In this document: positions 26,341-35,919 of the stretch, piece by piece
Position numbering within the stretch: position 1 is the first letter of the stretch
Layout: every line of letters begins with the position of its first letter
Source: an uncultured Saprospiraceae bacterium
GTDB taxonomy: Bacteria > Bacteroidota > Bacteroidia > Chitinophagales > Saprospiraceae
Assembly: GCA_905480605.1 (NCBI GenBank)
Contig: CAJQRD010000020.1
Coordinates: 1-64,000 of the forward strand
Direction of reading: 5' to 3'
DNA: 64,000 bases
Translations under genes and position numbers: made by a program
The notes under the pieces: generated by a model
What the model was told of the DNA's origin: nothing
The model's input: the letters and a program-made list of their open reading frames with translations, nothing else
Database searches by the model: none

Positions 26341-27843
26341 ATGAAAAAGAGTACAATATCTATATTACTAGTGGTTGGAATTATTGTTATTATAAATTTC
26401 TTATCCAATGATTTGTTTTTTAGAATGGATATGACGGCTGATAAGACCTATACCTTGAGCGAGGCCACAATTAATATTTTAAAAAACCTTGAAGAACCGA
26501 TTACAATCACTTCTTATTTTACAGATGATTTGCCTCCGCAATATGCCAAGAACCAAACTGATTTCAAAGATTTATTAATTGAATTCAACAGGAGATCAAA
26601 TGGCTTGTTAAATTTCGAGTTTATTGATCCGGCATCTGATCCACAAAAAGAACAGGAGGCAACACAAAACGGAATTCAGCCTTTGTTAATAAATGTCCGT
26701 GAAAAAGACAAGGCGATACAAAAAAGAGCTTATATGGGAGCTATGCTAAAGGCAGGCGAATCGCAGGAAATTCTTCCATTTATTCAGCCTGAAGGACCAA
26801 TGGAATATCAATTGACAACTGCTGTTAAAAAATTATCTGTAAATGATAAGCCCTCCATTGGTTTTATTGCAGGACATGGCGAATTGCAAGCTCAAGATTT
26901 AAAGGAAGTGTACAAAGAGTTGAGTGTCTTATATGACATAGAAACTGTTGATTTGTCTAATGCGGTAGAGATTCCTTTAAGAATGAAAACGATATTGATG
27001 GTTAAACCAGTTGATTCAATTCCTGCACAGCACTTTGCTCTATTGGATAATTATCTGGCAGGAGGAGGAAATGTTTGCTTAGCTACTAATAATGTAAACG
27101 GTGATTTTCAAACACAGCAGGGTAGTGCTATGAATACACAAGTTGATATATGGCTAGAAACAAAAGGGATCAAACTGAATGGAGATTTTGTCCTTGACGC
27201 ACAATGCAGTACAATTGGAGTAAAACAACAGCAAGGACTTTTTTCTTTTCAATCGCAAGTGCAATTTCCGTATTTCCCAATGGTAAATAAATTCCCTGAT
27301 CATCCAATAACTCAAGGTATAGAACAAATAGCTTTTCCATTTGCTAGTTCGATTGAAAATACTGGATCAAATACTATGATTCCGTTAGTTGTGAGTTCTT
27401 CAAGTTCAGTATCTCAAATGCCACCTTTAAGATTTGATATACAAAAAAAATGGAGGCAATCTGATTTTCCGGATGGACCAAAAACAATAGCCGCTATTTT
27501 TGAAGGTGATTTGGCAGGAATTGGTAATTCGGGGAAATTGATACTTTTTGGAGATGCAGATTTTCCAATTTCACAAGGGAGGAATGCCAGAAGCAATTCT
27601 GATAATTTCAGTCTATTGGTTAATAGTGTTGATTGGCTTTCTGATGATACAGGGCTTATAGATTTGCGCACAAAAGGTGTAACATCACGACCACTAGATG
27701 AAATTGAAGAGGGCAAAGTATCACTTTACAAATGGGGTAATTTTTTAATACCTATACTTCTGGTTTTAATATTAGGATTTTATAAAAATCAGAAAAATAG
27801 AAACCTAAGGATTAAAAGGATGACAACTGATTACATTTTATAA
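26341..27843 (+). CDS. gldG: GldG-like ABC transporter auxiliary component
   Basis: N- and C-terminal TM anchors, a large periplasmic domain, and position after gldF. Confidence 0.7.
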   Translation: MKKSTISILLVVGIIVIINFLSNDLFFRMDMTADKTYTLSEATINILKNLEEPITITSYFTDDLPPQYAKNQTDFKDLLIEFNRRSNGLLNFEFIDPASDPQKEQEATQNGIQPLLINVREKDKAIQKRAYMGAMLKAGESQEILPFIQPEGPMEYQLTTAVKKLSVNDKPSIGFIAGHGELQAQDLKEVYKELSVLYDIETVDLSNAVEIPLRMKTILMVKPVDSIPAQHFALLDNYLAGGGNVCLATNNVNGDFQTQQGSAMNTQVDIWLETKGIKLNGDFVLDAQCSTIGVKQQQGLFSFQSQVQFPYFPMVNKFPDHPITQGIEQIAFPFASSIENTGSNTMIPLVVSSSSSVSQMPPLRFDIQKKWRQSDFPDGPKTIAAIFEGDLAGIGNSGKLILFGDADFPISQGRNARSNSDNFSLLVNSVDWLSDDTGLIDLRTKGVTSRPLDEIEEGKVSLYKWGNFLIPILLVLILGFYKNQKNRNLRIKRMTTDYIL

Positions 27844-27869
27844 ATAATAAATTAGAATTTCAAAAAAAG

Positions 27870-28790
27870 ATGAAGTTTAATAATAAAATACTTGGGCTTT
27901 TATTTATAGGTTTAATGGCGATGTTTTTAGTAAGTAAAATATTGAACAAACCTCAAGTTAAAAGTTTTAAGGATGTGTTGGTAAATATTGATACATCTGC
28001 TGTTGATAAGATAGTGTTTTATCCTAAAGGCACCGCAGCAAAAATTACAATTGAGAGAAACGGAGGTTTCTGGGAAGCAGATGATGGTAGCCTAAAAATA
28101 ACAGCAACTTCTAGTTCAGTGAATGCATTGTTATCACCTACTACAAATATTAAAGCTTTGCAATTAATTTCAAAAAATGAATCTAAGTGGTCGGAATATG
28201 AAGTTGATGATAATTCAGGGAAGAAAATAGAGTTGTATACTGGCAATAAATTGTTAAGTGGGTTTTATGTTGGTAGATTTAATTTTAATCAAAATACAAG
28301 AAGTGCTAAAACGTATATGCGATTGGCAGATGAAAATGATATTTATGTGGTTGATGGATTTTTAAGTATGAGTTATGAAAAACAATTTAATGACTTCAGG
28401 AATAAAAGGTTGGTTAATGACTTGAGTATTGATGATTTATCGACGGTGAAGCTTATTAGTGATGATATAAAGATTACAATTGAGAAGGATCTTTCTAATC
28501 ATTGGGTTGATGAGAATAACAAGATGTTGGATTCCTTAAAAACGACAAGAGCGGTTCAAGGTTTGGTAAATTTGATGGGTAATGAAATTATTGATTTTAA
28601 ACCTAATGCATCAAATAGGATAGCTCGTTTGATTTTGATTTCAGGAGAAAAAAGTGAACAGGTTATTGATATTTATAAAAAAGACGATAGCGATTTTGTA
28701 CTTACAAGTTCAGGTAATAAAAATGTTTATTTCAGATCTGATTCCACAGGAATATTTAAAACAGCTTACCTGGATATATTGAATTTATAA
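27870..28790 (+). CDS. DUF4340-like protein commonly found downstream of gldG
   Basis: N-terminal TM anchor, position, and size. Confidence 0.5.
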   Translation: MKFNNKILGLLFIGLMAMFLVSKILNKPQVKSFKDVLVNIDTSAVDKIVFYPKGTAAKITIERNGGFWEADDGSLKITATSSSVNALLSPTTNIKALQLISKNESKWSEYEVDDNSGKKIELYTGNKLLSGFYVGRFNFNQNTRSAKTYMRLADENDIYVVDGFLSMSYEKQFNDFRNKRLVNDLSIDDLSTVKLISDDIKITIEKDLSNHWVDENNKMLDSLKTTRAVQGLVNLMGNEIIDFKPNASNRIARLILISGEKSEQVIDIYKKDDSDFVLTSSGNKNVYFRSDSTGIFKTAYLDILNL

Positions 28791-28941
28791 AGTTGAATAC
28801 TCTTTTATGAGCTTGAAGTCAAGTTGTAATAAAATTATTTAGTGGTAAGTATGGAACTTTTATAAGGGTAATAGTGCTTATTTATTATACACTTTCTATT
28901 TGCGGAGAGTGGATATTTAATTTCTTACAACAAACATATTA

Positions 28942-29553
28942 ATGACAAATTTGATCAACGATTTAAGAAGACACCTTTCTGATGATGTAATCATCCAATT
29001 ATCAAAGCAGCTAGGGGCACAAGATCCTAACCAAGTTAAAGCTGCATCACAAATTATTTCTGAGCTATTGGTTAGTGCATTGTCGAAAGATGCTTCTAGT
29101 CAAGAAAGAGGTGGTGGCCTTTTTGGAGCAATCGAGAAGGACCATGATGGTGGTATTTTAGGAGACTTGATGGGTGTTTTAAGCGGTCAAAAGAAAGTAA
29201 ATAACCCTAAGACAATGAATGGTGCTGGAATCATAAGTCACTTATTAGGTAACCGTCAATTAGAAGCGGCACAAGTAATTGGACAGCAAAGTGGACTTGA
29301 TATTTTTAAATCAGGTGTTTTAATGCAATTGATTGCTCCAATAGCTATGGGAGTTGTTGGTCAAAAAACAAAGTCTAGTGGATTAGATCTTGGAGGTTTG
29401 GCTAGTATCCTTTTAGGTGGAGGTCAGCAACAAGCACAAGGTAGACAAGGAAACAGTGGAGGCAGTTTTATTGAGAAATTATTGGATCAAGATGGAGATG
29501 GCAGTATGATGGATGACTTGTTGAGTATGGGAATGAAAATTTTGCAGAAATAA
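28942..29553 (+). CDS. DUF937-family protein
   Basis: Gly-rich repeated GG/LGG segments (GGGLFGAIEKDHDGGILGDLMGVLSG...). Confidence 0.5.
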   Translation: MTNLINDLRRHLSDDVIIQLSKQLGAQDPNQVKAASQIISELLVSALSKDASSQERGGGLFGAIEKDHDGGILGDLMGVLSGQKKVNNPKTMNGAGIISHLLGNRQLEAAQVIGQQSGLDIFKSGVLMQLIAPIAMGVVGQKTKSSGLDLGGLASILLGGGQQQAQGRQGNSGGSFIEKLLDQDGDGSMMDDLLSMGMKILQK

Positions 29554-29578
29554 TTCTGTGGAATTCGATAATATCGAG

Positions 29579-29608
29579 AGGTGTTGATATGGTCAGCACC
29601 TTTTTTTA
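29579..29608 (+). terminator. Rho-independent terminator (GGTGTTGAT-ATG-GTCAGCACC + T7)
   Basis: Read directly, after the DUF937 stop. Confidence 0.55.
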
Positions 29609-29841
29609 TGTTTAAATTGATAGAATATCTGCCTTGTATTAACAGATCTGACAGTCGGTAGTTTTTTGGCCAATTGTATGTTTATTACTCAATAAATAAA
29701 GGACTTCTGCTGTTTTTTGACTTATTAGGTCTAAAAAATGTTGATCTGCTAATTTAAACTAAAACTCTTTAGAACAATTCTCGATTTATGGCGTATATTT
29801 TGTAATACAGACGAGTATTAAAATATTTTAGAGACAATCCG

Positions 29842-29849
29842 TATTTTTG
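29842..29849 (+). promoter_or_regulatory. Candidate Bacteroidetes -7 box TATTTTTG upstream of the aconitase gene
   Basis: Matches TAnnTTTG, 29 nt upstream of ATG 29878. Confidence 0.3.
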
Positions 29850-29877
29850 CGGTCTCTTTTAACAAAACAAAGCACAT

Positions 29878-32163
29878 ATGGCATTTGATATTGACATGAT
29901 TAAGAAGTATTATGAGACGCTTGCTGATAAGGTAGAAAAGGCGAAGGCTCATTTAGGAAGACCTCTGACATTGGCAGAGAAAATTTTATATGCTCACCTT
30001 CACGAAGATTCTCCAATACAGAATTTTAAGAGAGGAAACGATTATGTCTTTTTTGCTCCCGATAGAGTAGCAATGCAAGATGCTACAGCTCAAATGGCTT
30101 TATTGCAATTTATGATGGCGGGTAAGAAAAAAGTGGCAGTGCCATCAACAGTACATTGTGATCACTTGATTCAAGCTAAAGTAGGTGCTGGTGAAGATTT
30201 AAAAGTTGCCAATGATATAAATTCAGAAGTATATAGCTTTTTGGAGTCAGTATCTGACAAATATGGTTGTGGATTTTGGCAACCAGGTGCTGGAATTATT
30301 CACCAAGTGGTATTGGAAAACTATGCATTCCCGGGTGGAATGATGATAGGTACTGATTCGCATACAGTAAATGCTGGCGGATTAGGAATGGTTGCGATTG
30401 GAGTTGGTGGAGCGGATGCTGTAGATGTTATGGCAGGAATGGGCTGGGAATTGAAAATGCCTAAGCTTATCGGAATAAAATTAACTGGTGAATTATCGGG
30501 CTGGACAACGCCAAAAGATGTTATTCTTAAAGTAGCTGGAATATTAACAGCTAAAGGGGGAACAGGTGCTATTGTTGAATACTTTGGACCTGGTGCTATA
30601 AGTATGTCTTGTACTGGAAAAGGTACAATTTGTAACATGGGAGCTGAAATTGGTGCAACAACATCTACTTTTGGTTATGACGATTCAATGGGTAGATATT
30701 TAAGAGCTACAGAAAGAGCAGAAATTGCTGATCTAGCTGACGGCGTAAAAGAACACTTAACCGGTGATGCAGAATGTTATGCAGATCCTGACAAATATTT
30801 TGATCAAGTAATCGAAATTAATTTAACGACACTTGAGCCATTATTGAATGGACCTTTTACTCCAGATCTAGTGACTACTGTTTCTGATATGGCAGCAACT
30901 GCTGAGAAAAATGGTTGGCCTACAGAATTAGAATATTGTTTGATTGGTTCTTGTACAAACTCATCATACGAAGATATTTCAAGAGCGGCATCAATAGCTA
31001 AACAAGCTATTGATAAAGGAATTGTTGCTAAGTCTAAATTGACAGTAACACCAGGATCTGAGTTGGTTAGATTTACAATTGAAAGAGATGGTCTAATTGC
31101 GACTCTAGAAGGAATGGGTGCTACTGTTTTTGCCAATGCTTGTGGGCCTTGTATTGGTCAATGGGCTAGATTTAGTGATCCTAAAAATGCACCGAAAAAC
31201 AGTATAGTCCACTCTTTTAATAGAAACTTTTCTAAAAGAGCAGATGGTTCTCCTAATACACATGCTTTTGTTGCGTCACCAGAATTGGTTACTGCAATTG
31301 CATTGTCAGGTAGGTTAGGGTTTAATCCTTTAACTGATACTTTGACAAACAAAGATGGGGAGCAAGTGAAATTAGATCCACCGACAGGATATGAGTTGCC
31401 TCCAAATGGTTTTGATGTAGAAGATGCTGGATACAATGCACCAGCAGAAGACGGAGAATCTATTGTTGTTTCTGTAAGTCCAACATCGGACAGGTTGCAA
31501 CTGCTAACACCATTTACGGTTATTGATTCTGATCAGGTTACTGATATGCGCGTACTTTTAAAAGCAAAAGGTAAGTGTACAACGGATCACATATCTATGG
31601 CAGGACCATGGTTGAAGTTTAGAGGCCACTTAGAAAATATATCAAACAATTGTTTTATCGGAGCCATCAATGCTTTTAATGATCAAGCTAATAATGTAGC
31701 CAATTACGCAGATAGTGATACCGAGCCTTCTTTCCATCCTGTTCCTGATTCAGGAAGAAAATACAAAGCAGCGGGTATTGGAACAATCGTATTTGGGGAG
31801 GAGAATTATGGTGAAGGTTCATCTAGAGAACATGCAGCAATGGAGCCTAGGCACATTGGTGTGAAAGCTGTAGTTGTAAAATCTTTCGCAAGAATTCACG
31901 AGACAAATCTTAAGAAGCAAGGTATGTTGGCATTGAGTTTTGACAATGTGGCGGATTTTGATAAAATAAGACAAGATGATAGGGTAAGTATTTTAGGATT
32001 CAATGAGATGGAACCAGGTAAGCAATTGACTATAAAATTGGTACATGCTGATGGATCAGAAGATAAGGTTGTGGTAAATCATACTTATAATCAAGCTCAG
32101 ATAGAATGGGTTAGAGCAGGATCTGCCTTGAATAAGATAAGACAAGAAATGGGAGTGGCTTAA
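29878..32163 (+). CDS. acnA: aconitate hydratase (monomeric aconitase family)
   Basis: 761 aa; Fe-S cluster Cys ligands and aconitase family motifs (CTNSS, GPCIGQW, SRNF). Confidence 0.92.
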   Translation: MAFDIDMIKKYYETLADKVEKAKAHLGRPLTLAEKILYAHLHEDSPIQNFKRGNDYVFFAPDRVAMQDATAQMALLQFMMAGKKKVAVPSTVHCDHLIQAKVGAGEDLKVANDINSEVYSFLESVSDKYGCGFWQPGAGIIHQVVLENYAFPGGMMIGTDSHTVNAGGLGMVAIGVGGADAVDVMAGMGWELKMPKLIGIKLTGELSGWTTPKDVILKVAGILTAKGGTGAIVEYFGPGAISMSCTGKGTICNMGAEIGATTSTFGYDDSMGRYLRATERAEIADLADGVKEHLTGDAECYADPDKYFDQVIEINLTTLEPLLNGPFTPDLVTTVSDMAATAEKNGWPTELEYCLIGSCTNSSYEDISRAASIAKQAIDKGIVAKSKLTVTPGSELVRFTIERDGLIATLEGMGATVFANACGPCIGQWARFSDPKNAPKNSIVHSFNRNFSKRADGSPNTHAFVASPELVTAIALSGRLGFNPLTDTLTNKDGEQVKLDPPTGYELPPNGFDVEDAGYNAPAEDGESIVVSVSPTSDRLQLLTPFTVIDSDQVTDMRVLLKAKGKCTTDHISMAGPWLKFRGHLENISNNCFIGAINAFNDQANNVANYADSDTEPSFHPVPDSGRKYKAAGIGTIVFGEENYGEGSSREHAAMEPRHIGVKAVVVKSFARIHETNLKKQGMLALSFDNVADFDKIRQDDRVSILGFNEMEPGKQLTIKLVHADGSEDKVVVNHTYNQAQIEWVRAGSALNKIRQEMGVA

Positions 32164-32195
32164 GTCAAGCTTACTTTTGATATTATTAAAATATA

Positions 32196-32230
32196 AGGAT
32201 TGCAAATTTAATTTGCGATCCTTTTTTTAT
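32196..32230 (+). terminator. Rho-independent terminator after aconitase (GGATTGCAAATT-TA-ATTTGCGATCC + T7)
   Basis: Read directly. Confidence 0.6.
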
Positions 32231-32238
32231 GGTAAGGA

Positions 32239-32275
32239 CCAAGCTCTGTCAGTGATCAGCTCTGACAGAGCTTGG
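32239..32275. repeat. Palindromic element 1: CCAAGCTCTGTCAG-tgatcagct-CTGACAGAGCTTGG (14-bp arms)
   Basis: Read directly. It shares the core AGCTCTGTCAG with element 2 and with the 56.3 kb repeats. Confidence 0.8.
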
Positions 32276-32347
32276 CAAAGTATTTTTGGATAAAGTGCTT
32301 AAAATCAAGTTGTTAAGTAAAAAACTACTCTTGACTTTATTGAAATA

Positions 32348-32390
32348 AATCTACAGAGCGGAGCTCTGTCAGAGCTCCGCTCTGTAGATT
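32348..32390. repeat. Palindromic element 2: AATCTACAGAGCGGAGCTC-tgtca-GAGCTCCGCTCTGTAGATT (19-bp perfect arms)
   Basis: Read directly. Confidence 0.8.
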
Positions 32391-32481
32391 CTAGTAATGC
32401 CTAATGATATAAGCCACTATCAAAAAAACACCTTCTATTTCTAAACTTTTTATTAAAAAAAACTATTCAATAGTTACAATT

Positions 32482-32988
32482 ATGAAAATGGAATTTTTAG
32501 AAGCTAAAAAGCAATTTATAAACACATGGGGCGAATTGGGTGTCAATTGGGGCATCAATCGTGCTATGGGTCATATCCATGCTGTGCTTCTGATAAGTCC
32601 AGATGAGTTAAGTGCTGAAGAAATAATGAACGAATTACAGATCTCTCGAGGCAACGCAAATATGAATTTACGGGCATTAATGGACTGGCAACTTGTTTAT
32701 AGAAAATCGAAACCCGGAGAAAGGAAAGATTTTTTCTCAGCAGAAAAAAACTTTTGGAACGTATTCCGTAAAACACTAGATCGTCGCAAGATCAAAGAGC
32801 TCAATCCAATGCTCCACATGATTAAAGTTATGTCAAATGTTAAGCCTTCAGATCGTAATTCAGAGGAATTTGTTAGATTAATAAAGGACTTGGATATGAT
32901 CTCCTCTGCCGCTAATAAGGCTTTAGATAAATTGATTCAATCTGAATCTAATTTCTTCCTGAATTCTTTTGTAAAGGTGATGCGATAA
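32482..32988 (+). CDS. GbsR/MarR-type winged-helix transcriptional regulator
   Basis: N-terminal pattern WGINRAMGHIHAVLLISPDELSAEEIMNELQISRGNANMNLRAL is typical of the GbsR family. Confidence 0.55.
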   Translation: MKMEFLEAKKQFINTWGELGVNWGINRAMGHIHAVLLISPDELSAEEIMNELQISRGNANMNLRALMDWQLVYRKSKPGERKDFFSAEKNFWNVFRKTLDRRKIKELNPMLHMIKVMSNVKPSDRNSEEFVRLIKDLDMISSAANKALDKLIQSESNFFLNSFVKVMR

Positions 32989-33286
32989 TCACTGTAAATC
33001 TAAACTAAAATGCTCAGTGCATAATCCACAAACAGTTTGAATAAAAAACAGTTAGATTCATAGACAATATTATTTTGAATGTGAATATTGATTTCTACCA
33101 TGAATAAAAAGGATAAACTCAATAGTCTTTTTTAGTAATTGTTTAAATTTAACTTACAAATTACATATTTTTCTACGTTTTTGTTTTGAACCTGATTGTG
33201 ATAATAATCAAAAATTAATGGCTTTTATGGATTAGAAACTATAGTATATTAAAATAATTGAGTATTTTTAAAGTGATAATGACATT

Positions 33287-34672
33287 TTGTTAATTAAAGA
33301 GGATCAGTTTGATTTTCTCAAAAAATACTTATTATGTTTAATAAAGCCACTATATGGTTACCCATTATTTATATCAATTAATTTAATTGCACAAGATTCT
33401 AAAGTTAAATCTGTCCCTATAAATTCTTCAAAAGCAAGTTTCGGATTGAATTCTGAATTCAGTTATTTGATGATGGAACCTAACCAAAATCTCAGAAAAT
33501 TAAAACTGCTTATAAAGTCTAAATCTGAAGGTAAAATTGCAGACAAGTCATTGACAATTGGATTTTCTATGATTGGTTTGATGGATTATCAAAAATCAAA
33601 TACTAATTCTAAATTTGGATATCTCATGCGCCATCCAACATCCAATAATCAAATTGGTGAATCAGTATCTGAAGCTGTAATACATTCTTCCCAAATTTCA
33701 TTAACGGCATCTTTGAATAACTGGATAACAGCATATGGTGAATTGCTATACGATCCGCAACAAAGTTTCGGAGCTGGATCAATTACAGCATTAGGAAGAA
33801 ATCAAATTCAACTTAGAAAAGGAATACTGGTATTGGGTAATTTGAATAAGTTGCCTCTTTATCTTTCAATTGGTAAAATGGATATTCCATTTGGTCAGAC
33901 AGGAAGTGTTAGCCCTTTTACCAACTCAACAATGTGGCACGCATATGGTGTACTTTCATATGGAGCCATACTTGGTTTTGAGAAAGCTGGACTGAATGCT
34001 AATATTGCATTGATTCAAGGAGGTGCACAATTTAGAGCAGCACATACACCTGTTCAAGGAACCAACATACCATCTCGACTCAATAACTTTTCTGCGGACT
34101 TGAATTATACTTTTGAACCAATTGACAGAGTGCAAATACAATTAGGAGGTTCTTATCTTAAGGGAACGGCATACTGTCAGGGTTTTCCTGTTACACATTT
34201 TGCACCTTGTGAAGAATCAAATAGTGCATTTTCATATTATGGTAATATTACCATAAATGATAGATTGTATATCAAAGCTTCCTTTGCCACGACACAGGAT
34301 ATATGGCCAGGAACACATAATCCAAATGCACCATTAGATGTTTTTGAGGCAGTAAAAGTTTCATCTCTTGATTATGGAGCTATCTATCAGATCAATCCTA
34401 ATGATAATATCATATATTCTCTTTCAGCAGAATTTTCAAATTTTGTATCTGGGGCTGAAGGTTCTCCTTGGGAACGATCCAATCAAATAATTGTTGGATT
34501 GAATGCACAAATCGAAAGTACATCAAGATTCTTTGTTGAATTATTGAATACTAAAGGATATTCTCCATTGAATTTTATTTCTGGTGGCAACTTTCCAGAT
34601 CTTGGTATAACTCATAGTGTTAGTGATGCAACATCTACAGGGATCGTTGTGGGAGTATTGTTTACTATCTAG
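33287..34672 (+). CDS. hypothetical outer-membrane (beta-barrel-like) protein
   Basis: Beta-strand-rich with aromatic girdle residues; the start is uncertain. Confidence 0.3.
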   Translation: MLIKEDQFDFLKKYLLCLIKPLYGYPLFISINLIAQDSKVKSVPINSSKASFGLNSEFSYLMMEPNQNLRKLKLLIKSKSEGKIADKSLTIGFSMIGLMDYQKSNTNSKFGYLMRHPTSNNQIGESVSEAVIHSSQISLTASLNNWITAYGELLYDPQQSFGAGSITALGRNQIQLRKGILVLGNLNKLPLYLSIGKMDIPFGQTGSVSPFTNSTMWHAYGVLSYGAILGFEKAGLNANIALIQGGAQFRAAHTPVQGTNIPSRLNNFSADLNYTFEPIDRVQIQLGGSYLKGTAYCQGFPVTHFAPCEESNSAFSYYGNITINDRLYIKASFATTQDIWPGTHNPNAPLDVFEAVKVSSLDYGAIYQINPNDNIIYSLSAEFSNFVSGAEGSPWERSNQIIVGLNAQIESTSRFFVELLNTKGYSPLNFISGGNFPDLGITHSVSDATSTGIVVGVLFTI

Positions 34673-34793
34673 AATAGATTATCAGAGGATATATACTTCA
34701 ATAAAACAAGCATTTTAAGTATCCGACTATCAAAAAAAAAAGCTATGAAATGCAAATTTCATAGCTTTTTAATTTAACTTAAACAATATTTTT

Positions 34794-35891
34794 TTAATCA
34801 GCTTCTACTTTAAAAAAAGGCAATTTCACAATCTCTGCTTCTAGCAATTTACTTCTGATTTTGACATTAATTTTTAATCCAACTTTTGCACTTTCAATAG
34901 GTACATATCCCAGACCAATTGGAATCTCTAAAGAAGGGGACATTGTTCCTGAGGTAACTTCACCTATAACGTTGCCGTCAGAATCCGCTAATTCATATCC
35001 TTGTCTTGGTACTCTTCTGTCATTAACTTTAAAAGCAACTAATTTTTTTGTAACGCCATCTGCGCGTTGCTGTTGAAATTTTTCTTTCGAAAAGAAGTCT
35101 GCAGCCTTTTTAGTTTTTGTAATCCAACCCAATCCTGCTTCAATCGGAGATGTTTCGTCATTTATATCATTACCATAAAGGCAGAATCCCATTTCAAGTC
35201 TTAATGTATCTCTTGCTCCTAAGCCTATAGGCATGATGTTTTCTTCTTTACCTACTTCCAATAATTTGTTCCAAACAGTTACAGCATCTTTGTTATCAAG
35301 GTATAATTCGAATCCACCTGAACCTGTATATCCTGTTGCTGAAACAATCACATTTTTAAGACCACAAACTTCACCTATTGCAAAGTAATAATATGGAATC
35401 TGATCTACTTTTATATCTGTTAGTTTACTCAAAACCTCCGATGCTTTTGGTCCCTGAAGAGCTAAAAGCGCCATACCATCAGATTTGTCAGTGATAGTAC
35501 AATCATAAGTATTGGCTTCATTAATCCACTTCAAATCTTTTTCGATATTTGAAGCGTTGACGACCAACATGTATTCTTCTTCTGAAATTTTATAGGTCAA
35601 AAAGTCATCAACAATTCCACCGTTTTTATTTGGGAAACAAGAATATTGCGCTTGACCAACAACCAATTTTGAGGCGTTATTTGAGCTTACTTTTTGAATT
35701 AGATCAAGAGATTCAGGACCTTTTAGAAAAAATTGTCCCATGTGAGAGACATCGAATAAGCCTACATTATTTCTGACATTGATATGTTCTTCATTGATAG
35801 TAGAATAGCTGACAGGCATATTGTAGCCTGCAAATGGCATCATACGCGCACCTAGATTCACGTGCTCTTGAGTTAATGGTGTTTCTTTCAT
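34794..35891 (-). CDS. gcvT: glycine cleavage system T protein (aminomethyltransferase)
   Basis: Conserved throughout (ARMMPFAGYNMPVSY, GLFDVSHMGQF, GYTGSGGFELY). Confidence 0.92.
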   Translation of the reverse strand: MKETPLTQEHVNLGARMMPFAGYNMPVSYSTINEEHINVRNNVGLFDVSHMGQFFLKGPESLDLIQKVSSNNASKLVVGQAQYSCFPNKNGGIVDDFLTYKISEEEYMLVVNASNIEKDLKWINEANTYDCTITDKSDGMALLALQGPKASEVLSKLTDIKVDQIPYYYFAIGEVCGLKNVIVSATGYTGSGGFELYLDNKDAVTVWNKLLEVGKEENIMPIGLGARDTLRLEMGFCLYGNDINDETSPIEAGLGWITKTKKAADFFSKEKFQQQRADGVTKKLVAFKVNDRRVPRQGYELADSDGNVIGEVTSGTMSPSLEIPIGLGYVPIESAKVGLKINVKIRSKLLEAEIVKLPFFKVEAD

Positions 35892-35919
35892 TTTATAGTT
35901 AAATATGCTTTTTTATAAA

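Noticed and set aside
30321-31436. Three antisense ORFs (92-110 aa) inside the aconitase gene
   Set aside because: These are shadow ORFs within a highly conserved, confidently called gene, with no independent support.
35892-35919. Glycine riboswitch upstream of gcvT
   Set aside because: Only 28 nt separate gcvT from the upstream co-oriented gene, so there is no room for a tandem glycine aptamer.
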